Assembly (NCBI GenBank): GCA_964397335.1 | Contig: CAYNIM010000010.1 | Location: forward strand, 2,741-66,740 | Source: an uncultured Flavobacterium sp. | GTDB lineage: Bacteria; Bacteroidota; Bacteroidia; Flavobacteriales; Flavobacteriaceae | Reading direction: 5' to 3' | DNA: 64,000 bases | In this document: positions 30,122-40,610 of the stretch, in pieces | Layout of the letters: each line of letters starts with the position of its first letter | How positions within the stretch are numbered: the first letter of the stretch is position 1 | The notes under the pieces: generated by a model | Database searches by the model: none | The model's input: the letters and a program-made list of their open reading frames with translations, nothing else | Told to the model about the DNA's origin: nothing | Position numbers and translations under genes: made by a program

Positions 30122-32029
30122 ATGAGTTACTATAAAATAACAGATTTAGAACAATATTTTAAGTATTATAAAAAATCAGTACGTGAGCCTAGAAAGTTTT
30201 GGGGCAACATAGCTCAGGAAAACTTTGTTTGGTACCAAGGTTGGGACAAAGTTTGTGAATTCGATATGGCCCAAGGAGAAGTGAAATGGTTCATAGATGG
30301 CAAGTTGAATATTACCAAAAATTGTATCGATCGTCATTTAGCAAAAAGAGGAGATCGAACGGCTATTATTTTCGAACCCAATAATCCAGAAGAAAAAGAG
30401 CAGATTATTAGCTATAACGAACTTTATACTAGAGTTTCAAAAACTGCTAATATGCTGAAATCTTTAGGTGTAAAAAAAGGCGACCGAGTTTGTATTTATT
30501 TACCAATGATTCCTGAATTGGCTGTTTCTATGCTTGCTTGTGCTCGTATTGGAGCAATTCATTCGGTGATTTTTGCTGGTTTCTCAGATTCAGCCATTCG
30601 CTCAAGAGTCGAAGATTGTGGAGCTAAAGTTATCATTACTTCAGATGGAGGTTTTCGAGGAACAAAATCCATCAAGGTTAAAGAAATTGTAGATAAAGCA
30701 ATTGAAGGTCTTGACACGGTAGAGAAAGTTGTGGTTGTGAAAAGAACAAATCAGACAATACCTTTTTATCCAGAAAAAGATGTTTGGTATGAAGATTTGT
30801 ATCAAGAAGCAGCTTCTACCAACACTGCTGAAATTATGGATTCAGAAGATCCTTTGTTCATTCTTTATACTTCTGGATCTACCGGAAAACCCAAAGGAAT
30901 GGTTCATACCACAGGCGGATACATGGTTCAGACAGCTTACACTTTCCAAAATGTTTTTGATTATCAGGAAGGAGATGTCTTTTGGTGTACCGCGGATTTA
31001 GGTTGGATTACCGGACATTCTTATATTTTATATGGAGCATTGCTAAACGGAGCAACAACAGTTTTGTTTGAAGGTGTGCCTACATATCCAACTCCGGCTC
31101 GTTTTTGGGATGTAATAGACAAGTATAAAGTAACTCAATTTTATACCGCTCCTACTGCAATTCGTTCATTGATGACTTATGATTATTCGTATGTAACTTC
31201 TCACGATCTGTCATCATTAAGAGTGTTGGGATCGGTGGGCGAGCCAATTAATGAAGAGGCTTGGCACTGGTTCAATGACTTTATCGGAAAGAAGCGATGC
31301 CCAATTGTAGATACGTGGTGGCAAACAGAAACAGGTGCAATTATGATTTCACCTTTGGCAATGATAACACCTACAAAGCCGACATATGCAACCTTGCCTT
31401 TGCCAGGTATTCAAACGGTTTTAATGGATGAGAGGAATAATGAAATCACGGGTAATCAAGTGACGGGAAGCTTGTGTGTGAAATTTCCTTGGCCATCAAT
31501 GGCACGAACGATTTGGAATGATCACCAACGATTTATTGATGTTTATTTCTCTGATTTTAAAGGAAGGTATTTCACTGGCGATAACGCTTTAAGAGATGAA
31601 GTTGGTTATTACAGAATAACAGGTCGTGCAGATGATGTTGTAATTGTTTCTGGTCATAATTTGGGTACCGCACCAATTGAAGATGCGATCAATCAACACC
31701 CAGCGATTGCTGAATCTGCGGTGGTTGGAGTTCCACACGACGTTAAAGGGAATGCACTTTATGTGTTTATTTGTTTGAAAAAAGAAGGTACATCAAGAGA
31801 TCGAGATAACCTAAGAAAAGAAATCAATCAATTAATCGCAGATCATTATGGCCCTATCGGTAAGTTAGATGAAATTCAATTTGTGGAAGATTTACCTAAA
31901 ACTCGATCTGGGAAAATTTTAAGAAGAATGCTTCGCGCTATTGCTGCTGGGCAAACAAGTGATTTTGGAGATACTTCTACAATGACCAACCCAGAATCAA
32001 TTCAAGAGATTATAAAAAATAAAATTTAA
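30122..32029 (+). CDS. acs: Acetate--CoA ligase
   Basis: YTSGSTGKPKG, GEPIN, DTWWQTETG and PKTRSGKILRR motifs. Confidence 0.97.
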   Translation: MSYYKITDLEQYFKYYKKSVREPRKFWGNIAQENFVWYQGWDKVCEFDMAQGEVKWFIDGKLNITKNCIDRHLAKRGDRTAIIFEPNNPEEKEQIISYNELYTRVSKTANMLKSLGVKKGDRVCIYLPMIPELAVSMLACARIGAIHSVIFAGFSDSAIRSRVEDCGAKVIITSDGGFRGTKSIKVKEIVDKAIEGLDTVEKVVVVKRTNQTIPFYPEKDVWYEDLYQEAASTNTAEIMDSEDPLFILYTSGSTGKPKGMVHTTGGYMVQTAYTFQNVFDYQEGDVFWCTADLGWITGHSYILYGALLNGATTVLFEGVPTYPTPARFWDVIDKYKVTQFYTAPTAIRSLMTYDYSYVTSHDLSSLRVLGSVGEPINEEAWHWFNDFIGKKRCPIVDTWWQTETGAIMISPLAMITPTKPTYATLPLPGIQTVLMDERNNEITGNQVTGSLCVKFPWPSMARTIWNDHQRFIDVYFSDFKGRYFTGDNALRDEVGYYRITGRADDVVIVSGHNLGTAPIEDAINQHPAIAESAVVGVPHDVKGNALYVFICLKKEGTSRDRDNLRKEINQLIADHYGPIGKLDEIQFVEDLPKTRSGKILRRMLRAIAAGQTSDFGDTSTMTNPESIQEIIKNKI

Positions 32030-32035
32030 TATTAT

Positions 32036-32066
32036 AAAAACCCCATTTATTGGGGTTTTTATTTTT
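32036..32066 (+). terminator. acs terminator
   Basis: aaaaacccca-tttat-tggggttttt hairpin. Confidence 0.8.
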
Positions 32067-32194
32067 TGGTAACTGCAGAATAATTGCTGAATTCTTTTTT
32101 TTTTGCTTTACTATTGAAAACACGTTGATTGTTGAAACAATCGTTTACTTCACTAATCCTTTCAAAAGTAAAATATAGTTTATTTTAGGAAAAT

Positions 32195-32222
32195 AAAAAA
32201 CCGAAAGAGTTACTTTCGGTTT
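32195..32222 (-). terminator. rimO terminator
   Basis: aaaccgaaag-agtta-ctttcggttt hairpin. Confidence 0.75.
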
Positions 32223-32226
32223 AGAA

Positions 32227-33543
32227 TTATTTAGAAACGGGAGTCCCGTAAAGATCAAATTCTGTGGCTTTGAAAATTTTTATTTCGGCAAATTCACCTG
32301 TTTTTAGATAAAATTCTGAAGCATCAATAAGCACTTCATTATCTACATCGGGCGAATCAAACTCCGTTCTTCCCACAAAGTAATTCCCTTCTTTTCTGTC
32401 GATGATACAACGAAAGGTTTGTCCAATCTTTTCTTGATTTAAATCCCAAGAAATTTGTGCTTGGATGTCCATGATTTCGTTGGCTCTTTTTTGTTTGATT
32501 TCTTCAGGAACGTTGTCTTCTAACAAATAGGCGTGCGTGTTTTCTTCGTGTGAATAAGTAAAACAACCTAAACGTTCAAAACGCATTTCTTGAACCCAGT
32601 TTTTTAAAATTTCAAAATCTTCTTCTGTTTCTCCAGGATAACCCACAATTAAAGTGGTACGAATTGCCATTTCTGGAACTGTTGCTCTAAAATCTTTTAA
32701 AAGTTGCGTGGTTTTTGCATAAGTTGTTCCACGACGCATCGATTTTAGAATGTTATCGGCAATGTGTTGCAATGGAATATCAAGATAATTACAAATTTTT
32801 GGTTCGCGTTTCATCAATTCCAAAACATCCATAGGGAAACCAGTAGGGAAGGCGTAATGTAAACGAATCCATTCAATACCTTCTACTTTTACTAAATTTT
32901 CAAGTAATTCGGCTAGATTTCTTTTTTTGTATAAATCCAAACCGTAATAAGTTAAATCTTGCGCAATTAAAATTAATTCTTTTACGCCGTCTTTGGCTAA
33001 TTTTTCTGCCTCTTTGACTAGCTTTTCTATGGGTTGTGAAACGTGTTTTCCTCTCATTAAAGGAATCGCACAAAAGGAGCAAGGTCGGTCACAGCCTTCA
33101 GAAATTTTTAAATAAGCATAGTTTTTTGGAGTGGTTGTTAATCTTTCTCCCAACAACTCATGTTTGTAATCGGCACCTAAAGCTTTTAAAAGTAAAGGTA
33201 AATCTGTGGTTCCAAAATATTGATCCACATCTGGTATTTCACTTTCTAAATCAGGTCTGTAACGTTCAGACAAACATCCGGTTACAAAAACTTTATCAAC
33301 TAAACCATTTTCTTTTTTATCAACGTATTCCAAAATGGTATTGACAGATTCTTCTTTAGCATTATTGATGAATCCGCAAGTATTGATAACCACAATGTTT
33401 GCTTCGTCGTTTAATGCCTCGTGAGTTACCTCTTTACCATTGGCTTTTAGTTGCCCCATCAATACTTCACTGTCGTAAACGTTTTTTGAACAACCCAATG
33501 TCACTACGTTGATTTTATTTTTCTTTAATGATTTAGTTCTCAT
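32227..33543 (-). CDS. rimO: Ribosomal protein S12 methylthiotransferase
   Basis: LGCSKN, NTCGFI, radical SAM motif EGCDRPCSFCAIP and a TRAM domain. Confidence 0.97.
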   Translation of the reverse strand: MRTKSLKKNKINVVTLGCSKNVYDSEVLMGQLKANGKEVTHEALNDEANIVVINTCGFINNAKEESVNTILEYVDKKENGLVDKVFVTGCLSERYRPDLESEIPDVDQYFGTTDLPLLLKALGADYKHELLGERLTTTPKNYAYLKISEGCDRPCSFCAIPLMRGKHVSQPIEKLVKEAEKLAKDGVKELILIAQDLTYYGLDLYKKRNLAELLENLVKVEGIEWIRLHYAFPTGFPMDVLELMKREPKICNYLDIPLQHIADNILKSMRRGTTYAKTTQLLKDFRATVPEMAIRTTLIVGYPGETEEDFEILKNWVQEMRFERLGCFTYSHEENTHAYLLEDNVPEEIKQKRANEIMDIQAQISWDLNQEKIGQTFRCIIDRKEGNYFVGRTEFDSPDVDNEVLIDASEFYLKTGEFAEIKIFKATEFDLYGTPVSK

Positions 33544-33629
33544 ACCTTAGGAATTAAGTGTGCAAAATTACGACTTAATTTGTACTTTGTTGTTTAATAA
33601 GTCATAAAAAAGATTATTAAAAATAAGAA

Positions 33630-33748
33630 GACTGTTTAAAAAACATCTCAGTTAAGTTGAACTTATGTCAGCTTCTCTTAAAACAAGGTAAACCATTGTT
33701 TTGGGAAACTACCTAAATTTCTAAACAAGAGGTAATTTTTAAACAGTC
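33630..33748. mobile_element. MITE-like element (119 bp)
   Basis: 13-bp terminal inverted repeats gactgtttaaaaa / tttttaaacagtc; non-coding. Confidence 0.5.
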
Positions 33749-33767
33749 ACTTACTAAAAACTTTATT

Positions 33768-35294
33768 TTAGAAGCTTGCGCTATAGGTCAATGTTATATT
33801 GTGATTATTGGATTGAATTTGAGCTGCAGGAGTAATTCCCGAACTGATAATATCATGCTGTGAATCTTGCTTCCAAAGCATATAACCAAGATCTAAACGC
33901 GCGGCTCCAAAGCTATAGCCAATTCCTGCGCTATAACTTTTTATATCTCCCATGATGTCTTTGTTTTTATATGGACTATCTACATGACGGAATCCCGCAC
34001 GTAAACTCACTCTATCCAAACGATATTCACCACCTATGCGGTATTCATTGGTTGCTTGAAGTGTGTTGTTGTAATAGTCATTAATAGAAGCAAATTCCTG
34101 ACTTCCTTTACCGTATTCTAATGTACTGTAATCTTTACGAGTATAATCGAAACTCAACAAGCCTTGAGTTCCAAAGACATATGCTAAACTTCCAGTAAAT
34201 GAACCGGGATTTTTAACGTTATATTTATTGTAAAGCGTTACTAGATTTGGGTTGATGTTATAAATGGTACTATTGCCCTTTTCGAAAATATTCGTTTGAA
34301 GACTTTGAGAAAATTCGTCTTGTAAACTCATCCAAGTAGGCGATTGATAGGAAGCACCAATTCTAAATTCTTCTGTTGCTTTATAGATTCCTCCTAAATT
34401 AAAGGAAAATCCAGAACCGTAGGTATAACTGTTGTTGTTGGATAACAATTCTCTGTAACCATCGGCAGATGAAATGTTTTCTTCATAAATAGCAGATGAG
34501 GTCAAGTAATCCACAAAATGAAGGTTAAGGTTTGCTCCTAAATATAATTTTTTGTCAAAATCAAAAGCGATGTTAGCAGTCAATTGATTGTTGAACCCAG
34601 TGGTATAAGTTTCGTTTTCATGATAAAAAGTACCTCCAGTTCCATTCAAGACATATTCGTTATTTACATCGTTGATTAAATACCCTTGGTAGGCCAACAT
34701 GGCTTGTTGCGCTGAAAAACCGTTGGGAATTGAATTTAAATAATCATACAAATCGCCAATTGTTTCATTATCGATGGTTTGCACCAAATCCAACGGAACA
34801 CTTCCTCCGTTGAAACCGAAGTTGGCATGATCCAGAAAATAATTGGTTACAGATTGATTTGAAATGCCACTACTGAATCTACGATCGTTAAAACGTGCAT
34901 TGGTATGATAACCCAATCCGATGCTTATTTTTTTGAGACTTTGATTTTCATTTTTTGAATCTACAACAAAAACAGCTCCAAAACTTGGTAAATCAAAATC
35001 GCTTTCATTTGCTTCAGTAAGTCTTCCTAAATAGTTTGATTTATTTTTTTGAATTTGCAGGTTTCCCGTAATACTGAAATTATTGTAATTAAAAAGTGCC
35101 GAACCAGCTGGGTTGATTTGAAGCGAAGAAACATCGCCACCCAATGCTCCAAATGCACCGCCCATCGCATTGAAACGAGCCGTTCCATTGAGTTGTGGTG
35201 TGCCAATTCGAACAGCATCATTCGTATTAAATTCTTGTGCATTAACCTGTGTAAAACCCAAAATTGCTATGATGGGTAGATATATTCTTTTCAT
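33768..35294 (-). CDS. OmpP1/FadL-like outer membrane beta-barrel transporter
   Basis: Signal peptide, GTARFNAMGGAFGALGGD...NPAG motif and terminal Phe. Confidence 0.88.
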   Translation of the reverse strand: MKRIYLPIIAILGFTQVNAQEFNTNDAVRIGTPQLNGTARFNAMGGAFGALGGDVSSLQINPAGSALFNYNNFSITGNLQIQKNKSNYLGRLTEANESDFDLPSFGAVFVVDSKNENQSLKKISIGLGYHTNARFNDRRFSSGISNQSVTNYFLDHANFGFNGGSVPLDLVQTIDNETIGDLYDYLNSIPNGFSAQQAMLAYQGYLINDVNNEYVLNGTGGTFYHENETYTTGFNNQLTANIAFDFDKKLYLGANLNLHFVDYLTSSAIYEENISSADGYRELLSNNNSYTYGSGFSFNLGGIYKATEEFRIGASYQSPTWMSLQDEFSQSLQTNIFEKGNSTIYNINPNLVTLYNKYNVKNPGSFTGSLAYVFGTQGLLSFDYTRKDYSTLEYGKGSQEFASINDYYNNTLQATNEYRIGGEYRLDRVSLRAGFRHVDSPYKNKDIMGDIKSYSAGIGYSFGAARLDLGYMLWKQDSQHDIISSGITPAAQIQSNNHNITLTYSASF

Positions 35295-35319
35295 ATTAGA
35301 ATTGCTTTTATGTTAATAA

Positions 35320-36258
35320 TTATCTTCTTCCACCACCTCCGCTGCGAGTTCCTCCTGAACTTCTCATGCTACCAGAATTCATACGGGTACTTGGACTTGG
35401 AGTAAAACTACGTGTTGGAGTTGAACGCTGTTGTGAACGTACGTTGGTGTTGTTACGATTGGTGTTACGATTGATGTTGTTGTTTCTAGTGTTATCAATT
35501 CTGTTATTCTCAATTCTATCGTTTCTATTGATCGTCTCCGTTCTTGAAGAGCGTCTGTTCTGAACAGCATCATTGGCAGCATTCATTCGAGTTACATTAG
35601 AATTTACTCTTGAAAAGGTTCGATTATTATTAAGAGTTGTTCTTCCAGTTGTTAATGAATTTGTTCTTAGGTTTCTACTGTTAGTATTAGACAAACCTGT
35701 TCTAGACATAGAACGTGCAGAAAGCGCTCTGTAAGAATTGTTTCTTGAAACATTTCGTTGCAGATAATACGGATAGCCCCAACCATAGTAACCGTGATAG
35801 CCACCAAAGTAGGGATAACCCCATCCCCAACCGTAATTAGGATAGCCCCAATAGTTGCCCCAACCGTAGCCAAAGCCAAGACTCCAGCCCCAATTAGAAC
35901 CATACCATCCGCCGTAAGGATAACCCCAACCCCAGTCGGCGTAGTGTGGATAATTATAAATGATTTGTGTTTCTGAGGTTTGATCTCCCCATCCACCATA
36001 GGCTTGATTGTATCCTGAAGAATAATTATCTACATCGGTAAAATATTCCTGTCCGTCTTCTGATTTTTCTTTGAAATAATCATCGTAATATTTTGCGTTG
36101 TTATGTGTAGGTTCAACCACAATTTTACTGTTGTTGTAAATTCCATCTACGTCATAAGGGCGTTGATTCAAGCTGGAACAAGCCGTCAAAACAATACCGC
36201 CTGAAATCAACAGGCTTAATCGCAAAAAATGGGCTTTATGAAATAGTCTCGATAGCAT
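35320..36258 (-). CDS. Hypothetical lipoprotein with Gly/Tyr/Trp-rich and Arg/Asn/Ser-rich low-complexity regions
   Basis: LTAC lipobox, DGIY motif and WGWGYPY repeats. Confidence 0.82.
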   Translation of the reverse strand: MLSRLFHKAHFLRLSLLISGGIVLTACSSLNQRPYDVDGIYNNSKIVVEPTHNNAKYYDDYFKEKSEDGQEYFTDVDNYSSGYNQAYGGWGDQTSETQIIYNYPHYADWGWGYPYGGWYGSNWGWSLGFGYGWGNYWGYPNYGWGWGYPYFGGYHGYYGWGYPYYLQRNVSRNNSYRALSARSMSRTGLSNTNSRNLRTNSLTTGRTTLNNNRTFSRVNSNVTRMNAANDAVQNRRSSRTETINRNDRIENNRIDNTRNNNINRNTNRNNTNVRSQQRSTPTRSFTPSPSTRMNSGSMRSSGGTRSGGGGRR

Positions 36259-36358
36259 ATAATAAACTTTTTATTGTTGAACATTACAAATTTAAGTAGA
36301 TTTGTACAAAATTACGTGTTAATATTATTATAACAAATCACGTACCAATATACAAAAA

Positions 36359-37837
36359 ATGAGCAAAAATATAACTACAAGAGCAGAAGATTATTCCAAA
36401 TGGTATAATGAGTTGGTTGTCAAGGCTGATTTAGCAGAGAATTCAAGTGTAAGAGGATGTATGGTAATCAAACCATATGGTTATGCAATTTGGGAAAAGA
36501 TTCAGGCAGAACTAGACCAACGTTTTAAAGAAACCGGACATAGCAATGCTTATTTTCCTTTGTTTGTACCTAAAAGTTTGTTCGAAGCCGAAGAAAAAAA
36601 CGCTGAAGGTTTTGCAAAAGAATGTGCAATTGTAACCCATTATCGACTTAAGAACGATCCTGATAATCAGGGAAAGTTGATGATTGATCCTGAAGCAAAA
36701 TTAGAGGAAGAGTTAATCATCAGACCAACTTCAGAAGCCATTATTTGGAGTACCTATAAAAACTGGATTCAATCTTATAGAGATCTACCAATTTTGATTA
36801 ATCAATGGGCAAATGTCGTTCGCTGGGAAATGCGTACACGTTTGTTTTTGAGAACCGCAGAGTTTTTATGGCAAGAAGGTCATACAGCTCATGCAACTAG
36901 AGAAGAAGCCATTATCGAAGCTAGACAAATGCAGAATGTATATGTTGATGTGGTTGAAAACATCATGGGGATACCTGTTGTTAAAGGTTATAAAACAGAC
37001 AGCGAGCGATTTGCAGGTGCCGAAGATACTTATACCATCGAAGCATTGATGCAAGACGGAAAAGCACTGCAAGCTGGAACTTCTCACTTTTTAGGTCAAA
37101 ATTTCGCAAAAGCGTTTGATGTGAAATTTACAAATAAAGAAGGAAAACAAGAATTTGTTTGGGCTACTTCTTGGGGCGTTTCAACTCGATTGATGGGTGC
37201 TTTAATTATGACGCATTCTGATGATAGTGGTTTGGTATTACCTCCAAAATTAGCGCCGATTCAAGTGGTTATTGTTCCGATTTATAAAACTGCTGAAGAA
37301 TTGAATGCAATTGGTGATTATGCCGATGAGTTAATAGCACAATTGAAAGCAAAAGGAATTTCAGTAAAATTTGATGATCGTGATACGCAACGTCCAGGTT
37401 TTAAATTTGCAGAATGGGAATTGAAAGGAGTACCTGTTCGAGTAGCTGTTGGTGCAAGAGATATGGCAAATAAAACTGTAGAGCTTGCTCGTAGAGATAC
37501 ACAAACTAAAGAGAACGTTTCGCAAGAAAATTTAGATTCTGTTATTGAAAACTTATTGAGTGAAATTCAAGAAAATCTATTTACAAAAGCACTTAATTTT
37601 AGAAATGAACATATTACTGAAGTAAATTCATTCGATGAATTTAAAGAAGTTTTAGAATCAAAAGGAGGGTTCTTATTAGCACATTGGGATGGAACACCAG
37701 AAACCGAAGAGCAGATTAAAGAACTAACAAAGGCTACAATTCGTTGTATACCAATGGACAGAAAAGAAGAGACCGGAAATTGTATCTTGACAGGGAAACC
37801 ATCTAAAGGTCGAGTTTTATTTGCAAAAGCATATTAG
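36359..37837 (+). CDS. proS: Proline--tRNA ligase (archaeal/eukaryote-like type)
   Basis: [29 protein letters not shown] and C-terminal FAKAY motifs. Confidence 0.98.
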   Translation: MSKNITTRAEDYSKWYNELVVKADLAENSSVRGCMVIKPYGYAIWEKIQAELDQRFKETGHSNAYFPLFVPKSLFEAEEKNAEGFAKECAIVTHYRLKNDPDNQGKLMIDPEAKLEEELIIRPTSEAIIWSTYKNWIQSYRDLPILINQWANVVRWEMRTRLFLRTAEFLWQEGHTAHATREEAIIEARQMQNVYVDVVENIMGIPVVKGYKTDSERFAGAEDTYTIEALMQDGKALQAGTSHFLGQNFAKAFDVKFTNKEGKQEFVWATSWGVSTRLMGALIMTHSDDSGLVLPPKLAPIQVVIVPIYKTAEELNAIGDYADELIAQLKAKGISVKFDDRDTQRPGFKFAEWELKGVPVRVAVGARDMANKTVELARRDTQTKENVSQENLDSVIENLLSEIQENLFTKALNFRNEHITEVNSFDEFKEVLESKGGFLLAHWDGTPETEEQIKELTKATIRCIPMDRKEETGNCILTGKPSKGRVLFAKAY

Positions 37838-37844
37838 TCATATT

Positions 37845-37874
37845 GCCCTTTCTAATTTAGAAAGGGCTTTTTTT
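37845..37874 (+). terminator. proS terminator
   Basis: gccctttcta-att-tagaaagggc followed by a T-run. Confidence 0.8.
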
Positions 37875-37883
37875 ATTTTTAAA

Positions 37884-39236
37884 CTAAACGTCTAATATTT
37901 TAACACCAACAATAATTCCATTTGTGGCTTTTAGACCATTAAAGGATTGAAAGAAATCAACTCTCAAAGGTCGGAATTTTTTAAAACCAATGTTGTTCAA
38001 GCCAATGCTCCATTCATAATAGGTAGGTTGATCATAGGTATGTAAAACATGAACTCCAGTAATTAAATGCCATTTCAATTTTCCAAAAAAGGGAACAGCA
38101 TCGGTTAAGAAACCATTAAAATCGTATTCCGCGTGCCACTCTGCAAAACTTTTATTGGTACTGTGGGTATAATAGGGCAAAAGGTTGAAATTTTGTAAAT
38201 AATTTTTAGTAGTTCCCACAAAGGTTTCGTTGCCGTAGAAATGCTTGTAATCCATAAAGGCGAGGTCTTTTGTGCTTAAAAATAAACCTGCGTTTACAAA
38301 GGCGGCAAAGTTTCCAAAATCTTTGAAATCATGTTGATATAAAGTAGAAAGTCCAACCAAAGCGTAGTTGTATTTAGGTAAATTTGAAGCAAAGCCTGTC
38401 TCGAAATTAAAATATATAACGGGTAATCGACGGACTTGATCTAAGTGAAAAGCAGATTTAAGTTTTAGTTTTACAATATTGTTGGATTCAAAACCTGCTT
38501 GTCCAAAATTTGTTGGATCGATCGGGTTATTAGAAGTGAAAATACGTTTTTTAACAAAAGGAGAACGAACGGTGTGATTAAATAATATTCTTCTATTTGC
38601 ATATTCCAATTCAATTTCGCCAAATAAATTTTCATTAAAACGCTGTTGATAATGTATGGAAATGAAATCTTTTTGATAGAATTTAGCGTAATTTTTTCCA
38701 AAATAAGAAGAAGCTAAAGAGTTGATAATCTTTTTAATAGGAAAATCTTCTCCAAATTGATGAACGGTTAATCCGCCAGAAATCGTGATTTTCGATTTTT
38801 TTTCAGAATTAATAAGTTGAGAAAAGTAACCTGAAAAACGAGGTTTGTTTTCGGCAATTCCATAATTAACTAAACCACCCACTTCATAATAGGTGCTGTC
38901 TGTTGGGTTTTCTTTCAGGTATGATAAGCCAGTAGTTACGTTAAATCCCTGAACAGCGTTGAACGCAAAAGTAGAAACTAAGCCATTGTATTTGTAGGTC
39001 TCGTTTTTATGTGGACGTTGGTGTTTATAGCCGATAATTAGTTGTATTAAACTGAATCTATTTTCGTTTTTAATAGTATCATTTGTGTTCAAATCGCCAG
39101 TTGTAGATGGCATGATTAAGGTGTCGTTAGCAAGCTCTAAAGACATTTCTTCGTTTTTTGTGTTTTTTTGCTCGATGTTTTGTGCGGATAAGGTAGAGCA
39201 AACAAGAAAAGTCAGAAGTAAAATCAGTCTATGCAT
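37884..39236 (-). CDS. DUF5686-like outer membrane protein
   Basis: Signal peptide; FNAVQGF, FMDYKHFYGNET and FNLLPYY motifs. Confidence 0.7.
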   Translation of the reverse strand: MHRLILLLTFLVCSTLSAQNIEQKNTKNEEMSLELANDTLIMPSTTGDLNTNDTIKNENRFSLIQLIIGYKHQRPHKNETYKYNGLVSTFAFNAVQGFNVTTGLSYLKENPTDSTYYEVGGLVNYGIAENKPRFSGYFSQLINSEKKSKITISGGLTVHQFGEDFPIKKIINSLASSYFGKNYAKFYQKDFISIHYQQRFNENLFGEIELEYANRRILFNHTVRSPFVKKRIFTSNNPIDPTNFGQAGFESNNIVKLKLKSAFHLDQVRRLPVIYFNFETGFASNLPKYNYALVGLSTLYQHDFKDFGNFAAFVNAGLFLSTKDLAFMDYKHFYGNETFVGTTKNYLQNFNLLPYYTHSTNKSFAEWHAEYDFNGFLTDAVPFFGKLKWHLITGVHVLHTYDQPTYYEWSIGLNNIGFKKFRPLRVDFFQSFNGLKATNGIIVGVKILDV

Positions 39237-39648
39237 CCATTAAATAATAAACAGCTAATTTATAAGAATGCAAACCAAATCCAGAAATAACACCTTGAGC
39301 AACTTCTGAAATATAAGAGTGATGACGAAAAGTTTCTCTCTTATATATGTTACTAATATGTACTTCAATTACTGGTGTAGAAATCGCCCGTATTGCATCA
39401 GCTATTGCGATTGATGTGTGTGAAAATGCAGCTGCATTTAAAATAATTCCGTCGTAATGAAAACCAACTTTATGCAATTGATCTATCAATGCTCCCTCGT
39501 GATTTGACTGAAAATAATCCAACTCTAAAGTGGGAAAATTTTTTTTCAAAACTTCAAAATAATCTTCAAAAGAACTATCACCATAAGTTTCAGGTTCTCT
39601 TTTCCCTAAAAGATTTAAATTTGGACCGTTGATGATGCATATTTTCAT
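39229..39648 (-). CDS. aroQ: Type II 3-dehydroquinate dehydratase
   Basis: NGPNLNLLGKREP, QSNHEG and EVHISNIYKRE motifs. Start placed at MKICII. Confidence 0.97.
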   Translation of the reverse strand: MKICIINGPNLNLLGKREPETYGDSSFEDYFEVLKKNFPTLELDYFQSNHEGALIDQLHKVGFHYDGIILNAAAFSHTSIAIADAIRAISTPVIEVHISNIYKRETFRHHSYISEVAQGVISGFGLHSYKLAVYYLMDA

Positions 39649-39877
39649 AATAAACAGATGTAATTGAACTGGTAAAAATAGTAAAAAGAACAATTGCCCA
39701 GGTATGTTTCGGTAAAAGTTTTCAAGAGTTATTATTTTAATTTCATTCAACCTATTGCATAATAATAATTTGTGTTTTTTTTCAAATGACTTTTCTTTAA
39801 GTTTAAATTATCGTTAAATAATCATTGTTGAACCAAAGTAAATTAGTAATTTTGCACAAATAAAAATAATTATAGAA

Positions 39878-40516
39878 ATGAAAAAAATTTTTTTATCATT
39901 AGCTGTAGTAGCAACATCGGTTGCAGCTCAAGCTCAAGAAGGATTTGGATTTAGCGAAGGAGATATTCTTTTAGAAGGAAGCCTTCAATTTAACTCACAA
40001 AAAAATTCATTTGATGACAATGGAACTGAGTTCTCTTACAAAGAGAGTTCAACATTGTTTACGCCAAAAGCAGGTTATTTTATTAACGATCAATTTGCAT
40101 TAGGAATTGAATTGGGAATTGGTGCAGCAAAAGGAATTGAAACTTTCGGATCAACAGAAGCTGAAGAAAAAAGTAACGCATTCTATGCTGGTGTTTTCGG
40201 TCGTTACTACTTTTTAGAATTGGGCGAACGCTTCAAAACATATTCTGAAGTTGGTGTTGGAATGATGAATACTAAATATACGGATGACCTTGGAGCTGTA
40301 ACAAAAACTTCTGGTTTTGGTGCAGGATTAGGATTGGGAGTAAATTACTTCTTGACTCCAAAAATCGCAATCAACTTTGAATTGACTGATTTGTTGCATT
40401 TTTCAACTGTTAAAGACAAAGATACAGATGTTAAAACAAACGAATTTGGTGTAAATATCAATCAAATTAATAATTTCTTTGGAACTGCTAGTTTCGGTTT
40501 GACATTTAAATTATAG
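39878..40516 (+). CDS. Outer membrane beta-barrel protein
   Basis: Signal peptide, amphipathic strands, PKAGYF and GVNYF motifs. Confidence 0.85.
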   Translation: MKKIFLSLAVVATSVAAQAQEGFGFSEGDILLEGSLQFNSQKNSFDDNGTEFSYKESSTLFTPKAGYFINDQFALGIELGIGAAKGIETFGSTEAEEKSNAFYAGVFGRYYFLELGERFKTYSEVGVGMMNTKYTDDLGAVTKTSGFGAGLGLGVNYFLTPKIAINFELTDLLHFSTVKDKDTDVKTNEFGVNINQINNFFGTASFGLTFKL

Positions 40517-40545
40517 TCAAAAAAAAGAAATATTAAGAAAATTTT

Positions 40546-40577
40546 AAAAGTCTTTCATTTTTGAAAGACTTTTTTTA
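40546..40577 (+). terminator. Intrinsic terminator
   Basis: aaaagtctttca-tttt-tgaaagactttt hairpin. Confidence 0.75.
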
Positions 40578-40610
40578 TATCTTTAGGCCTGAAAATACTT
40601 TAAAGTTGAA

